DNA of 64,000 bases from Lama guanicoe (lineage: Eukaryota), in the NCBI GenBank assembly GCA_013239625.1, contig MU053652.1, forward strand, positions 620,001-684,000, read 5' to 3'. This document shows, in pieces, positions 35,631-49,724 of the stretch (the stretch's first letter is position 1; the number at the start of each line of letters is the position of its first letter). The notes under the pieces are model-generated. The model was not told where the DNA came from, ran no database searches, and saw only the letters and a list, made by a program, of their open reading frames with translations. The position numbers and the translations under genes are program-made.

Positions 35631-38600
35631 TTTTATGTAACACACACTCACACACCCACACATGCCTTCAGTTTTCAGGCTGAATATCGGTTTTGCAATG
35701 CCATAATCGATTTGTTGGCATAACATTCCATGGCATACTGTCCTTAAAGATCTCTATTTTGAAGAGAAATGACTAAAAGTCAACTTTTTTTCTTAACATT
35801 CCTACAACCTATTGATTGACAGATGTGTGAATCATCCAGAAATGGATAGTTTAGGCTTAAAGAGACAAGAAAGATTACTACACATTTAAAGAGAGATTTC
35901 CATTTGGAAAGGCTCAAAACTTAAGTTATAGCGTTAAAAGCTACACCTCAATCATCTGCTAAATTTTGCTTTCAAAACTTATTTCCCCACCATCCTAGGA
36001 AACTTTGGTATTGCTATACTTAAAATTTTGTTTTTTCAAAACACACATATTTACAGAAAATAGGATAAAATGAAAACAGCATTAACAATATGTTAAATAC
36101 ACAGATCTCTGTAAGGAGGGGGTGGTAAGAGCAGCATCTCTTGTACAAGGGGGTTAAGTAACAGGAACCTTCTAAAGATTAATGACTATTATAGCTAACA
36201 CTCATATCCATGGTTCTGCAATGAAATTTCACAAAAAGCACACGCCTGTTTTATGAGTTTTAGACGTAATATTTTTCTTCAACAACTCTTCTATAGGAAA
36301 ATTCAAGGATTACCTCCTCCGTATCAATGAAGAAACTAAGACAAAAGAGGTAACGTTCCTAGGATCATGGAAAAGGAAAGGAGCAGGACAAGGCATCTGG
36401 CCAACTCCTGAACTCATACACTCAGCCAGAATGGCCTGCTACAATTTTTAAGATTTATACAAAATGTTCTAAAACAGAAATACAGCTTATAATACTCAGT
36501 GACTCAACATATACGCCTCTTATCTCAATGCCTTATTCAGATTCACTAACTAAACCATCAAAGTATAACCAGTTTTCTCTGATCAGAATGTAAGTTTCCT
36601 GAGGCCAAGTCCACAACATCTTTATGACACTTCAAATACTCCAGAGTAACGTGCATCTGGTCATGGTCTTTATGAATCAGTGGTCTGTGGTATTTAAGTG
36701 CCGACTGGCTAAGCCTCCTGATGGCGGGTACCGTATCTCCTATTTTCTTGTGTCCTCTCAACTGTACGTAGTGCTTTACGAACAGCAGATACTCAATGAA
36801 GCCCTATTAATTTTAATAGTCAACTGGCTTTTTAATCTGGCAGCATAAGGCTGGAAACAGGTATAAAAACACATTTCACTGGGGAAAATCTATAAACATG
36901 GTTCACAAACTCACTCACCAGCTGCTTAACTCTACAACAAAGGGGGCCTATCTTGAAGCTTAAAGGTTATTTCAGAACAAATCCAAGAAAAGTATCATAA
37001 ACAATGGGTAGAAGCTGTATAGAACTTGTTACTCAAGGAACAATACCGATTCGAAATAACAAAGACTGCAAAAGGATTTTGACAAATTAAAAGTATACAT
37101 TCATCGTGAAAACAAGGCAGGCCGATGTCATGAAGTTCAATGCTGTGCTTTCACAAAATGTCTTCTGCAGCCCTGTTAGAAAGAAGCGTCACCCTGCACT
37201 ACAGTTGGTATTGTTATAAGGCAGCAGCGGTGGGAAGCGTCAGGCCTCGGGCCACCACACACGGTTTGCACTTCTCTCACCCTGTCTAGTTTGCACTGTA
37301 CTTTTGGACCTCAGGTTTTGTTTCCATCTCTATTTGGGCCAGTTAGTTTCACTCTCTTCCCCAGCTACAAACTGCCCAAACAAGCCATCTATTTCATAAA
37401 TATGTTCTCCATGTAAAAAGGAAAACTAGTCTAGAGCATATTCATCTCAGGTATTGAGGAAGAATTCAAATGGAATGGAAATAAAGACAACCTGGAGATG
37501 GAAGGGAACTTTCAGGCATGCTGGTTCAGGTGGTACCCAAGCTCCTTTGTGCAGTCTCCCTGGAGACGGAAGTAGCACTATTTTCAAATCAGAAGAAGCT
37601 AAGAGTTAAGACAATTTCTAATAGTCACTACTTTAAAAAAGATTCTCAGTCATGTTCTATGAAGATGATATTCTCAAAGCATCCAAAATGCATGTCCAAA
37701 ATTCTCTATGCAAAGCAGGTCATGACGGCTGGAACGGCTCAGCTTTTGCAGAAGTGCAGAGCCTGCAAGTCAATCTCTGCCGAATGCCTTATAGCAGGAA
37801 GCTCAAACAGCAAGAAGTTATCACTCTGTCATTCCATTATCCACATCTTCAAGTATCAAGCTCATTCTGCTAAAAGAATTCTCCTTCTCCTTTAAAATGT
37901 TGCACTAAGCATTATACTGTTTCCCAGTGATGCTAGCCACAAAGGTAATGATGCTGTACATTTAATTTTTCCAGCCTTCATGTGTCTGCCAGCATTATAA
38001 ATGAGTCATTAACAGTCTCCAATAGATTGACATTGTTGTTTGCTACTGCTGAGAAATCTCATTTCTTTCAAGACAGCAGGAGGACAATTTGGGTTTAATA
38101 ATCGTGGGGCAGAGAAAGCATGCCAAGTTTTAAAAAAGTCTAAAAGTGTTCTGTTCCAACTTTCTAGGATGATGTTTATTTTGTCACTGAACTCAAAGGC
38201 CGAATGGCATATTTCATCCAAAGCTCCTGGCTGGGAAGAGAGATTCCAGCCTGCAGAAAATATGGGAATTGTCTCTAACAAAAAATTGAAAAACCTCAAC
38301 TTTACCTTGTATGGTTCAAAGGGAAGAGCAATTTACTAGACAAAGCCCCCGGATGTGCATGCATCACAACCAGCGATAAGCCCATGAACAAACACACTCT
38401 GGTTAAATGATATCCAGGCAACCAGAAACCTCAGGCTACTTGGTTCCAAGTTGACTCTGGAAGGCAAACAACATGAGAAGGATCCACAGAGCCTAGAACT
38501 TTTATAGCAAAAATCTTCCTTTCTAACGGTTTCAGGAAAACACAAAACAAAAAACTAGTGAGGTTCAGAAGGTAGAACACTTACACAAGACAAAATGTCA

Positions 38601-38639
38601 GAAAAAAGTTTAGAGGTGAGGGAATTGCAAACAGCCCAG

Positions 38640-39215
38640 TTTAGATGAAGTGTGGAGCTTTGTGAAGAGAAATGGGGATGGACTGAACAGCTGTCAGGGA
38701 CTTAATCTCACACACCTAGAATTTCTTGATAATTGTATTCAATTAGAGTCAATAAGGATCCATGGAAGGTTTAAAGGATAGTGAAAAGATTGGAACTGAG
38801 CCTGAAAATTAATATAACAACACTGTGGAGGACACAGGGAAGACCAGCTAATGGACTACTGTAATTGTTCATATGCAGCCAGAGCAAGATTAATGATTGT
38901 GGAAATACGAAAAGAAGAGCAATCTCAGGAGCAATTCCTGGGATAGAATCTATAGGATTTAGATAATAACTGGTTGTGGTGAAAAGGAAGATAAAATTGA
39001 AGATAAATACGACGCTTACGGCATAGGTGGCTGAAAAACAGAAGTTAGATAGAAAAAATATATATCCAGCAAGACAATAAGCCCTTCTTTGGACATGAGT
39101 GACAACGGTACATGTAAGGTAAAGATGTCTACAAGGCAATTTATGATTAGGATTCTGCGTTTTGGAAGAGAGTAGGGTGATATTACATAAATACAACGGT
39201 GAAGCAAGGACATAA
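38640..39215 (-). mobile_element. L2 fragment
   Basis: 'agggaagaccagct...aggatagaatctataggattt', 'ttggacatgagtg...agatgtctacaaggcaatt'. Confidence 0.45.
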
Positions 39216-40269
39216 AATCTCTGATCTAGACTATTTAGACTAGAAGACCTATCTAGTTAGGTTAATACATATTTTGAAAAAAAATGAGGAATTATCACAA
39301 GATAAGTGAACATCAATGAATCCATTTACAATCCTGCCAGGTCCTTTTTAAATAAAATGGAAAACCAGTTTATGACCCATCACCATCTCCCTGCTTAATG
39401 TGATAATGACTGCACAGGCTTAAAAGGTTTAGTTTTAAATTCTTCCTAGTACTTGGGATGTTCCCATCAATAATTTGCGTTTTTAAGTGTCACCAACTCT
39501 CACCCTGGGCTGCTAACGGAAGCTGTCCCCATAATACAATGAAGCTCTCCTGTGGATAACAAACAACCCACCTGTACAAATTTGATCTGCCATGCGCTCT
39601 ATTGTCTAGTGCTTGGTAAATGGTTTGTATAAAAATCCATATATTGAGTTGAGCAGAAATGAAATAAAGTCTGAGCAGTGACAGAATGTCAATTACAGAG
39701 TTGGCAAAACAGCCCTTTTTAAAAAGTTGTTAACTTGGGCACTTTTTTGACTCTCCCAATTTTATTTAAATATCATATTCCTCTGTCACAAGTGACATTT
39801 TGAAAAACAGGAAAAACTATTTGGTGCAGAGGAGAAAAATTATTCCTCTAGGTAATTATCTTCTTGGGACTTCACTAAAAATGAGTTAAAATTTGCATTT
39901 TTAAATTATATCTACATGCCAAGTTTGGAATAGAGGGCAAATAAGCAACCCACCCCATCTTATCAAAATAACAGGTTCTGTGTCTCTCATTTGCATGGTA
40001 TCTTGATGAATTAGAAGTGGAGAGTCTCAAGAGATCACTACAAGGTACCTACAGAGACATTGATGGGTCCTGAGCACCATAAAGGAAGTCACCACAGACT
40101 CATAAAAGTGAAAGCTTAGGGACAATAATATTAAAGAATGACATTCACATTTGTCAAACATAAAGACAAAACATCAATGTAGGATATTAGACTTGGCAAG
40201 GAAAGGCCATCCAAGCAAACACTTATGTCCGTGACATAACAACATACAAATCAGCATCTGACATGTGAA

Positions 40270-40492
40270 CTCTGATTTTCAGAATACTTTGACATCATTA
40301 ACTCCTTGGTTCCTTATAAAACTCCTGTAAGGTAGGCAAAGCAAGTTTTTATTATACCCCTTCTACAGCTAAGCCCAGTCAGGCTCAGAGAGGTTAAGTA
40401 GCTTGCCCAGAAGCAACTATCTAGACTAAGTATCGGAGTCGGGATTCAAACCAAGGTCTTACCACGCCAAATCCACGCTAGTCCACTACACC
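40270..40492 (-). mobile_element. MIR SINE
   Basis: 'aggctcagagaggttaagtagcttgcccagaagc...gggattcaaaccaaggtctt'. Confidence 0.75.
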
Positions 40493-40704
40493 AGTGAGTG
40501 TTCTATTTGGCTGCACAAATGACTATTTTATTGCTTTACTGTCTTTCTCTGCAGTTTTGCGAACTAAGTAGTCCTAGAAGTTATTACGATTTTTTTATTG
40601 TATCCTAACAACAAGCAGTCTTCAGTGAGCACCTATTACTTTATAGAAAGTCCAAGGATAAAGGACATTTTTAAATTTATGTCCCACACAAAAGAAATCA
40701 AAAG

Positions 40705-40905
40705 CAATAAAAAGGGGAATGGGGAAAGTTATTGTTTAGTGGGTAGGATTTCAGTTTGGGAAGAGGAAAAACTTGTGGAAATGGAGACCGGTGATGGTTA
40801 CAGAACAATGTGAATACACTTAGTATCACTGAACTCTGCACTTAAAAATGGTTAAAGTGGTGAATTTGAGTTACGTATACCTTATCACAATAATAACAAC
40901 AAAAT
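40705..40905 (+). mobile_element. L1MB-type 3' end
   Basis: 'ggggaatggggaaagttattgtttagtgggtaggatttcagtttgggaag...cactgaactctgcacttaaaaatggttaa'. Confidence 0.8.
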
Positions 40906-41414
40906 ATTTCTAAAACCACACTAAAACTAAATTGTTGTAAGAAAAGTAAGTAATAAGAGGGTGAAATCTACTATTGTTTTTCATAATCCACATTAAATAT
41001 GTTTAATCTATTTAAATATGATGCATACTTTAAGGAAAATCTGAAATAAAGAAAAACTAAATCCCCTTTTCCATTTGAAAAACTAGATTCACTCTGTAAT
41101 GATTATCAAGTAAGTCTTGTGAAGTCAAATAGACCCTATTAGTGAAAAAAAAATGTAATCTTACTAAAGGCTTATGTCTTTGATAGCATTAACACGAAAA
41201 CTCACCATATTAGTGCATAACTGTTAACGTGAGTTAATCCATACAAAACAGAGGGGGGAAGGAATAAAGCACGTAATTCTAAATCATTTAATATTTAATA
41301 CTGGTATTTTTGGACACTTCTTCCAAAATGTTTTGGATTGTAAGCCCCATGAGCACAAGGACTAGTCTTATTCTTTACTGTATGTTCAGATTTAGCTAAT
41401 AACAAAATAAATAA

Positions 41415-41570
41415 GCTACACAGTTCTATTATGCAGCATAGGGAATACAGCCAGTTGGCATTTTATAATAATTATAAATGGAGTATAATCTTTAAAAATT
41501 GTGAATCACTTTGTTGTACACCTGAAATTTGTATAATGTTGTAAATCAACTAAACTCCAACAAAATATTC
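41415..41570 (+). mobile_element. L1MA-type 3' terminal fragment
   Basis: 'gcagcatagggaatacagcc...gtgaatcactttgttgtacacctgaaa...gtaaatcaact'. Confidence 0.7.
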
Positions 41571-41649
41571 ATTTTTCCATTAAAGAATTTAGCAAACAAC
41601 AGAAGGAAGAGAGGGAGGGAAGAGAGAGGAGAGAAGGAAAACTAAAGGC

Positions 41650-42090
41650 CTTATAATCATATTCTAACAAGTATCCAGAAAGAGAAAGAAAAGTACCAAA
41701 TGATATCACTTATATGTGGAATCCTAAAAAAAAAAAGAAAAAGAAAAAAGAAAAAAGACACAAATGAACTTATTTACAAAACAGAAACAGACTCATAGAC
41801 ATAGAGAACAAACTTATGGTTACCAGGGGAAAAAGAGAGTGGGAAGGGATAAATTCGGAGTTTGAGCTTTGCAGATACTAACTAATACATATAAAATAGA
41901 TAAACAACAGGTTTATCCTGTATAGCACAGGGAACTATCTTCAGTATCTCAGAGTAACCTATAATGAAAAAGAATATTAAAACAAATATATGTATGTATA
42001 TGCATGACTGAAACATTACATTATACACCAGAAACTGACACAACATTGTAAACTGACTATACTTCAATTTTAAAAAGTAGTTAAAACAAC
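41650..42090 (+). mobile_element. L1 3' end (same 3' UTR type as the nested copy at 24421)
   Basis: 'atatcacttatatgtggaatc...acagactcatagacatagagaacaaacttatggttacc...aactgactatacttcaa'. Confidence 0.88.
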
Positions 42091-45000
42091 AACAGAAAAA
42101 ACCATGAGATCTGCCAAATCTGAAATAACTGGCAGTTCACCGAGTTGACTTGATTACATCAAAAGCTATTTGTTTTGTTTTCTCAGCACGTATGGCAGCA
42201 CCATTAATAACATCTTACCAATCTATCACCTGTTTGAAAGGAATAATGGGAATTTAGAACATTTCAGTAAAGGGTCATCATAGGCAATTAATCCTAAAAC
42301 TCTGTACTTGGGGATCCTGCTTGCTAACCTTTAGGAGTTCCCCTATAAGGCCCTGTCCAGGTCGAGAAAATAACTTCAAACCCATTTAACAAGATTCCCA
42401 TTATTGTCACCAGTAATTACTACTCTGTTTCTAATCATCTCATTTGTAGTATACAGGTCAGAAGGAAGGTCACTAAAAAGATGCTTTATCTGCCTTTAAG
42501 ATCTGCCCTCCCCCCATTTTCAACCTCTCTTGCTTTGCAGTTGTTAGAAACAGTAGCTCTATTAGAATAACAGAAAATTAAAGGCACACTGTTATTTGGT
42601 CAAATGCCTAAGTCACTTATTCTCTTCACCTAATCCTAAGAACAAGTAATCACAATAGTCAATGATTATTCATTTGAATGATAGAACATTTAATTTCTAG
42701 AGGTCAATTACTTTATATCTTCCTCTGGGAGGTTTCCAGATTAAGATTTAATTAATATTATTCCTCTGACCAAGAGACTAAGCTATTTTAGACAGAGAAA
42801 AAGAAGTTTTCTTAAGTCTTCTGTATTAAAGGGAGAACCTATCTCCTGAATTCATGGGAGTATTCAGAAAAAGGAGAATGATAAAAGCTGATTTTGACTG
42901 TCTCAATTTTCAAAAAATAAACAAAAAACATTGAGTATGAAGCTTAGAAAAAGAAAACCTATAACTCATATATATAAAAATCTATAAGCTAACTAAAACT
43001 AAAATAACATCAGGAAATTTGGCATCAATCTTACCACACCCTAAATATCTTGTAGGTAAGCACCCCCTTCAAGTCACACCAGAGAAGATCATTTCAATAG
43101 GAAGCACCAGGAATCCTTTTCATGACTCCCAGTATTGACCTTGAAGAATCTTTTAGGTATTTCTCCTTTCCCCATTCCTTTATACAACAGTTTGCAAAAT
43201 TTTCATAAGAGTCCAAATCCATTGATTGTGATGGATAAATAAACAGTAGTGCTTTAACAATTATACAATTCACAAGTGCAATTACTGTCTCCCACAAATA
43301 AAGATTTTTTTAATGGCATAGTATGTATTTACTCAACAGAGGGCAAACAAGTCAGCTGCCAATCATTCCTGCATTTCTTACAGCCTGCCTCAAGTCTGTT
43401 GTTAGAAATGAGGCTTTTTCACATTTACTGTCTGTAACTTTTCTTGAAACTGATTCTAAGGAAAACTGAAGGGAGAAAACTCATCAATAGACACCATTTC
43501 CTGAGAACTTACAGGGTTCATAGAATAGAACTATGTTCTTGTCGTCCAAATATTGGAAGGACTATTCTGTGGAAGAGGGATTAGGCTATTTCCTTAAAAC
43601 CTCACAGGCTAGAAATGGAATGGGCAGCAAGGCTATAAGGAGCGGGTGTACTTAAAGAATGCTAATAGGTGATTCCATTGAGTGATGAAGTCAGTTTCCT
43701 CAAAAGGTAGAGAATTTTGTATTACTAAACGTCTAAATACTGAAATGGACAAAATTCAAGATGAAGGGTGATACTTATAAAAATAGAGAAGATCATGTGA
43801 TGAAGGGTGATTGGATTAGAAGACCCTCAAGGTTCTTAGTAAAATGGCTTGAACATAGAAGCCATTAAGTTACGAGCTAACTAATAGGAGGGTTGAGATC
43901 CCCAAAGGAGTTTATAGAATAGACAAATTTTACAGCACGTTATAGAGGGACATTATGTAGGTTACAAATAGCTAGAAGGCAACAAAGGAAGGAAAGTCTG
44001 CACCTAATAATATCAAGACAAATTACCAGCAAATACAACCATGTTCCACAGGAAAGACAGAAAACCCAGCTCAAATCTGACAAGGGAAGGACCTCTCTGA
44101 TTGATTCAATATAGTCAAAAAGGTTTGAGACCTTCTGTAACTCCCAATGTTATCTACAGTTCTGAAATAAAAAGCTATCCTCCATAAATATTATGTGACA
44201 ACATCAATAGAAAGTCTCAATGAAAAATTTCCCCGGACATACTGTGGCAGAAACAATCCTTTCAAGACACCTCCCTAGCAAATAGCTGTTTTGGGAAGAG
44301 TAACTATGTTTCCTACTGCTAAAGGTTCACAAAGCCACTAAGCAAAGGTTTAACTCCCCATGTTAACTTCCTGTTTCTTCACCTGATGCACTATCATAAA
44401 TTTTTAACAGAACGTTTTAAGGTCTAATGAAAAAGTTATAAGTATTGACTTGAGTGGCAGCTCCTTTTCACTCAGAGATGTTCTGTTGATTAACAAGAAA
44501 AGTAGCTTTGGGGGGCAAAGGAAGAATCAGATATTCATGTGCTGTTATCAAGTTAAACTGTCAAGGGGCAATTATTTAAACAAACTTCAACAAAGATTGT
44601 AAAAAAGAAAAGAGAGAATTTACCTGTAAATAACTTAAGGCATAAAAGTTAATGCTTATTCCTTTCACTATAAATAATTTAAGAGGAGGTGTATGAAAGA
44701 GAAAGTGAAACTTTCACTGAGATAAGAATAATCTCTTTACGATTATCCCTTGCATAAACTTAATTGTTCAAATTATTTACATTGAAAAAATTTAACTTTA
44801 ATCTGACAAAGGGTAAATGTAATATATGCATAAATTTAATACAACCATCTCAGTTAATTCTCACGAAAACTTCTTTGTCTAAATTTACAGGTGCACAAAT
44901 GGAGCCTCCAAGAGTTGAAGTTACTTATTAGCAAAGTCTCAAGCCAGTCATGGCAAAGCTGGTATTTAAAAACAGGTCTCTTTTATATCATTCTCTATGC

Positions 45001-46078
45001 TTATAATCAGTCCATTCTAGTGCCATGCTTTTGTTACAGGGAATCTAAAATTTCATGTGGAAATTAAAACAAATCACTGCAGTCAAATGTAAGGTGAGAG
45101 GAATGTTAGTAGAGCCATGACAAGGGTTTAAGAAGGGTGAGAAGAGAGAGATGGAGGGAGGGGGAGTGGGGATTTATTAATGGAGAAGAGGATATTTGAT
45201 TTGGCCCCGAACAGACTGCCAAGATTTCAACAGGGAGGGACAGAAGGGCACTGAAAACAAAGGAATTGGAACAGAATGGGTAAATAAAAACTGTAAAATT
45301 GCAGGGCTTACTGGAGACCTGTGAAGTGGTGTGCAGTTCAGTTGACAGCCATATTAAAATATAAATTCCTGGTCAAGGACTTGGACTTTAGTAGGCAAAG
45401 GAGAGTCATTAAAGGCTTCTGAACAGAGGGTTTATATATCGCATCTCAGCAGAAGTCACTATACAGTAGTGTGTGGCCAATGATTCCTTGACTCCACAAA
45501 CATACATGTGCCTACTATGTCCCAGGAGCATCTGATAAGTACTGATGAGTCTCTCATTGACACAGTTTTATGTGCTTGCTAGGACACTACTTTTTTGGTT
45601 GCTTAGACCCATCCTATAGCCTCCTTTGCTGTGTTCTCATCGGTTTTACCTCCACACGCTGGAGTATGCCAGGGATCACTCCTCAGACATTTTCTCTTCT
45701 TTATCAGTCTCTCACTCTATAAGATTTTAATCACATGCATTATGAAGTTTAATACCATTATTTTTGATGACTATCAAATATACCTCTGCAGTCTGTATCT
45801 CTCTCTCAACAATTCCAGACTCTCCTTGGATGATTGCCAGACATCTCAAACTTAACAGAGGAGCCATATTCAACAGGGCTTCCCCTCCCAAATCTGCTCC
45901 CCTCCAAGTCTTCTGTTTTAGTAAACGGCAACTCGATTTTACCAAGTGCAGAGGACACTTTCAAGCTTTCTGTTTGTGTCTTCTCATTCACACTCCTCAC
46001 GCAGTCTGCTAATAAACCCCTGTCAACTCGGCCTCTGAAGTACAGCTCAGTCCAAGTCAATACCACCTTTTGCCCACA

Positions 46079-46259
46079 TAGGGGTGGGCAAACTACAGCC
46101 CAGGGGCCCAATATGACCTGCTAATAGAGTTTTATCGAAACATGACCACTTTAGTTCATTTCTTGATTGTCTATGCTGTGTTTATGCCACAACCACAGAC
46201 TTGAGTAGTTGTAACAGAGACCTATGACCTGCAAAGCCTAAAGTATTTGCTAACCTTTG
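46079..46259. mobile_element. MER58A-like hAT-Charlie MITE
   Basis: 'aggggtgggcaaactacagccc...ttgagtagttgtaacagagacctatgacctgcaaagcctaaagtattt'. Confidence 0.75.
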
Positions 46260-46360
46260 GTTCAGATGATGACAACAGCTTCTAAGCTCTTCTCTCAGCT
46301 TCTGCCCTTCTGCCTCCCCACATAACTTTCTCCACAAAGCAACCAGTGAAAATTTAAAAT

Positions 46361-46558
46361 TATGCTGCCCAATATGTAAGCCACTAACCACAAGTTGCTA
46401 TTCAAATTACAATCCTATGAAATAAAACATTTTGTTTCTTGGGTGCCTGGGCCCCAGTTCAAGTGCTCAACTGCCATTAATGGCTAGCGGCTATCTTGCT
46501 GAATGCTGCTGATTGTATAATACTGCCATCATCACATGAAGTTCTGTTGCCCAGCATG
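46361..46558. mobile_element. MER3-like hAT-Charlie MITE
   Basis: 'gctgcccaatatgtaagccactaaccaca...ttcaagtgctcaa...atcatcacatgaagttctgttgcccagca'. Confidence 0.65.
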
Positions 46559-47749
46559 GCATAAAAATCTCTGCTTCTGTAAACCCTCCAATAATTCCCT
46601 TTTATTCATTGTCGACGTCTTGGCTGAGGCCTATGATATGATCATTCCCCATCCCCAGTGCCTCCCCACTTCTCTGTCCTCATCTCCTTTCACTCTCCAC
46701 ACTCACTGTGCTCTAACCATCCAGCGTCCTCCAAAAGCCCAGCAGGCACCACTCCCAGGCACTCTGCACTTGCTGTTCCCTTCATCTAAACATCTGTCCT
46801 CAAACATCTGCATGATTCATCCCCTCACCTCCCTCAGTCTCTGCTCAGAGAGCACCTTCAGAGAGAGCCCTTTCCTAACTAGCCTGTCAGTCGGCTTTGT
46901 CTGTCTTCAAGGTACTTGTCATCAGCTGACCTATTACATCCATACTTTCAGACTCACCAATAAAATAATAAACATGCCAGTATTAATATCTGTGTTTCCA
47001 CGGTAGACTGTGAACTCCAAAAAGCAGGAATTTTGCCTATTTTGTTCTCTGTGGAATCTAGAACAAGGCCAGGTTCACGGTAGGCCCTCAATAAATATTT
47101 GCTGAATGAATGGGTGGGTGAGTGAGCGCACGAATGGGAACACCCTGCAGGAAAGACTCTGGAAGAATTCAGATGTAAGAGGTTCTGCTTTGAAACCTGC
47201 CTCACTGACCTATCTTCCACATGGGGGTTTAAAATGCTGTCTTTCACTTCCACCTTGGCCTAGTTTTCCTGAGATCTCTTTTCAGTTGACTTTGGAGTAA
47301 GTGATAAAGTGAAATTTTCCCAACAGTTCCTACTGAGTCCTTTCTGCTTCAAGCAGTTCAACAAGAAAGGCTGGAAGACTTTGGAAATACCATCCAGGGA
47401 AGCCAGCTCTGACCGAGGAGCCCCAGGCCTCAGACTAAACTGGCCAGCCCAAGGGCAAAACTGGCCATTGAAAAATCTACCAGCCCAGGGTTAATTATTA
47501 ATTAGTAATGGGGTTTTCAATTCTTGCATAACTTAAACTGCCATGACACAAACGATGTTTTTGCTTATATTAGTTAGGGCTTCAGTAATTTTGAATGAGT
47601 CATTCAGAAAGAAATTAAACTTCTGTAGTAGCTCAAGATACCATAAGCAATCAAGTCAAGAGATACTGTCATATGGCTGCCCGGAGGAGACACTATTTCT
47701 CTTGTCTTTAACTGTGTTCTGTTTCTCCATCCCAACCAACTCCACCTGG

Positions 47750-48365
47750 TGAGACAGGAGGGAAGGGGGCAGGATACTGTCATGAAAAGAATGACACAGC
47801 AATTAGCACCAAGATGGTGGGAGACTCACCTCCCAGTGGACCTTGAGCTTCAATATATGCTCACTGAAATACAACAGCATGCTGAATGGCACTCCCACAG
47901 GTGCCAGGATAGTTTGAAGGCTGATCATAAAAGGTCAAAGGGTGAATGATGGCCCAACTCCTGGGAATCCCGTCCCCTTCCTCAAAGTAGTTGAAATAAT
48001 CCTCCCACTTGTTAGCATATAAAGTTACCAAGCCTGTAAAAACTAACAACCGACACCTCCTGGCGGCTCTCCCTTTTGAGTGAGAGGGCCCACACTGTCT
48101 GTGGAATGCTTATCTACTTTCACTTTAAACTGAGCACCCAACCCCCACTACTCTTGATCTTTCTCTTGTCCGTCTGAAACAGCCTGAACTCTGTCTATGG
48201 AATACGTATCTCTCTGAATAAATCTACCTTAACTCAACTGTGGCTCAATCTTGAATTTTTTCCTGCATGAAGCCACAGATTCAAACTTGGCAGGGTGTGC
48301 CCCCAGCGACTCAAAAGAGACTTGGGACATGGCCATTCTCTTGCCCCATATTTTTCCCTCTATCA
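47750..48365 (+). mobile_element. ERV1 solo LTR, MER41-like
   Basis: TG...CA termini, 4-bp TSD-like ctgg/ctag, MER41-like motifs 'cactcccacaggtgccaggatagttt' and 'aataatcctcccacttgttagcata', AATAAA at about 48217. Confidence 0.7.
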
Positions 48366-49724
48366 CTAGGATTGAATGAAGTAAACACAGAGAAGATCAA
48401 AGGGTAGGTGAATGCCACTGCTTGAGGTTTAATGGAAGCCTCCAGGAGGCCAGTCAGTGTCTGCTGTAGCAGGGCCGACTTTGATGCGGACCACCTGGCC
48501 TCTTCTCCCCTCTTTTCTGCCCTTGAGGACAGACTTTTTATTTCTGCCCTAAACCCCAAACCAGCTACTTCAATGGGCAACAGATAAGTAGCACAAATAA
48601 ATTTGCCCATCTGACAGCTTTAATCTGGCTAATTTGTACTGAATGAATTCCAAAGTAGGTAAATAATTTAAGATTACTAATGTAAAGGGAGAAGTATCAT
48701 TTCACTTATAAATAATACTCCGAAAGAAAGGAATTTTTATTCTCTGAGGCATACGCATAAAAGCAAATCTATGAGATGATCACTGACCTAGGAAAAGGTT
48801 AAGAGCAGCTTAAATAATAAATGCAGAAGCAGAATTCAGACTGACATAAATTTATTTTCCCAGCTACCGCATCCATATGGCAATAATCCAATCTGAGAAG
48901 CTGAATTTATGTGGTAAGGGCATAACTCAAAAGCCTGCTTGTTTAAAAATTCAACAATTTAGGGTAGCTGGGAGTAGTGATATTATGCACCACTTTGCAT
49001 TTTGAATGGCAGGGAAATTTTACATTGATTTTCACAGAAGACACTTAGATGAACACTTTAGTAAAAATTAATGGATTATTTTCCCTTTCCCAGTGACCTT
49101 TAAAATGCCTAGAATTCAAGCTGAAGTAGCTAACAGTTATCACTTCTGCTTATTACACTGATTATATTATACCAGAGACCTAAAGTTTCAATAATGTTTT
49201 CAAATTGACTACTAAGAGAGATATATAATTGCCCAAAGTAGGGTCTAACAATAGCCAGATCCGTTTTCCTTGTGAAAAGAATCCATTTAGTCCTTAACAT
49301 TCCTTGGTCTGCAGAATCTTGAATTTTTTTCCTAAAGGATAAAGAAATTAACTAATTTTCGGCATTTAAAGAACCTCTGATTTCTCCCTGAAGTCTAGAT
49401 AAATGCAGAAGCAACAGGAATTTCATGAATTCACGCAAAGTAAATGAATGTGTGGCCAAAAAAACTATTCTTCTCTAATTTTATGTCATAAACTCTCAAA
49501 ATCAGAGTGTGTTATCAATAGATTTCTAATGTTTCATTACAATGAAAGAATAGTTTTAAAGCAAGTCCCAAACAGGATAATAGGTAAAGCCTGTTTAGCA
49601 AGAAATCTTCAAGTTGTTACATTTTATACCCTGAGTATTGACCTCTTCCTGTGGGCCAGTTGCACCAGATACATAACTTCATCTACATAACTTGCTTCAA
49701 AATCAGTATGTTCAAACTCGACTC

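Larger units (their letters stand above)
45560..47112 (+). mobile_element. L2 LINE 3' portion, interrupted by MER58- and MER3-type MITEs
   Basis: 'ctctgcacttgctgttccct', 'tagactgtgaactcc', terminus 'ggccctcaataaatatttgctgaatgaatg'. Confidence 0.7.

Noticed and set aside
37518..38545. Cluster of ORFs on both strands, with an acceptor-like site near 38250 (minus)
   Set aside because: Peptides unrecognised, and no matching strong donor to define an exon
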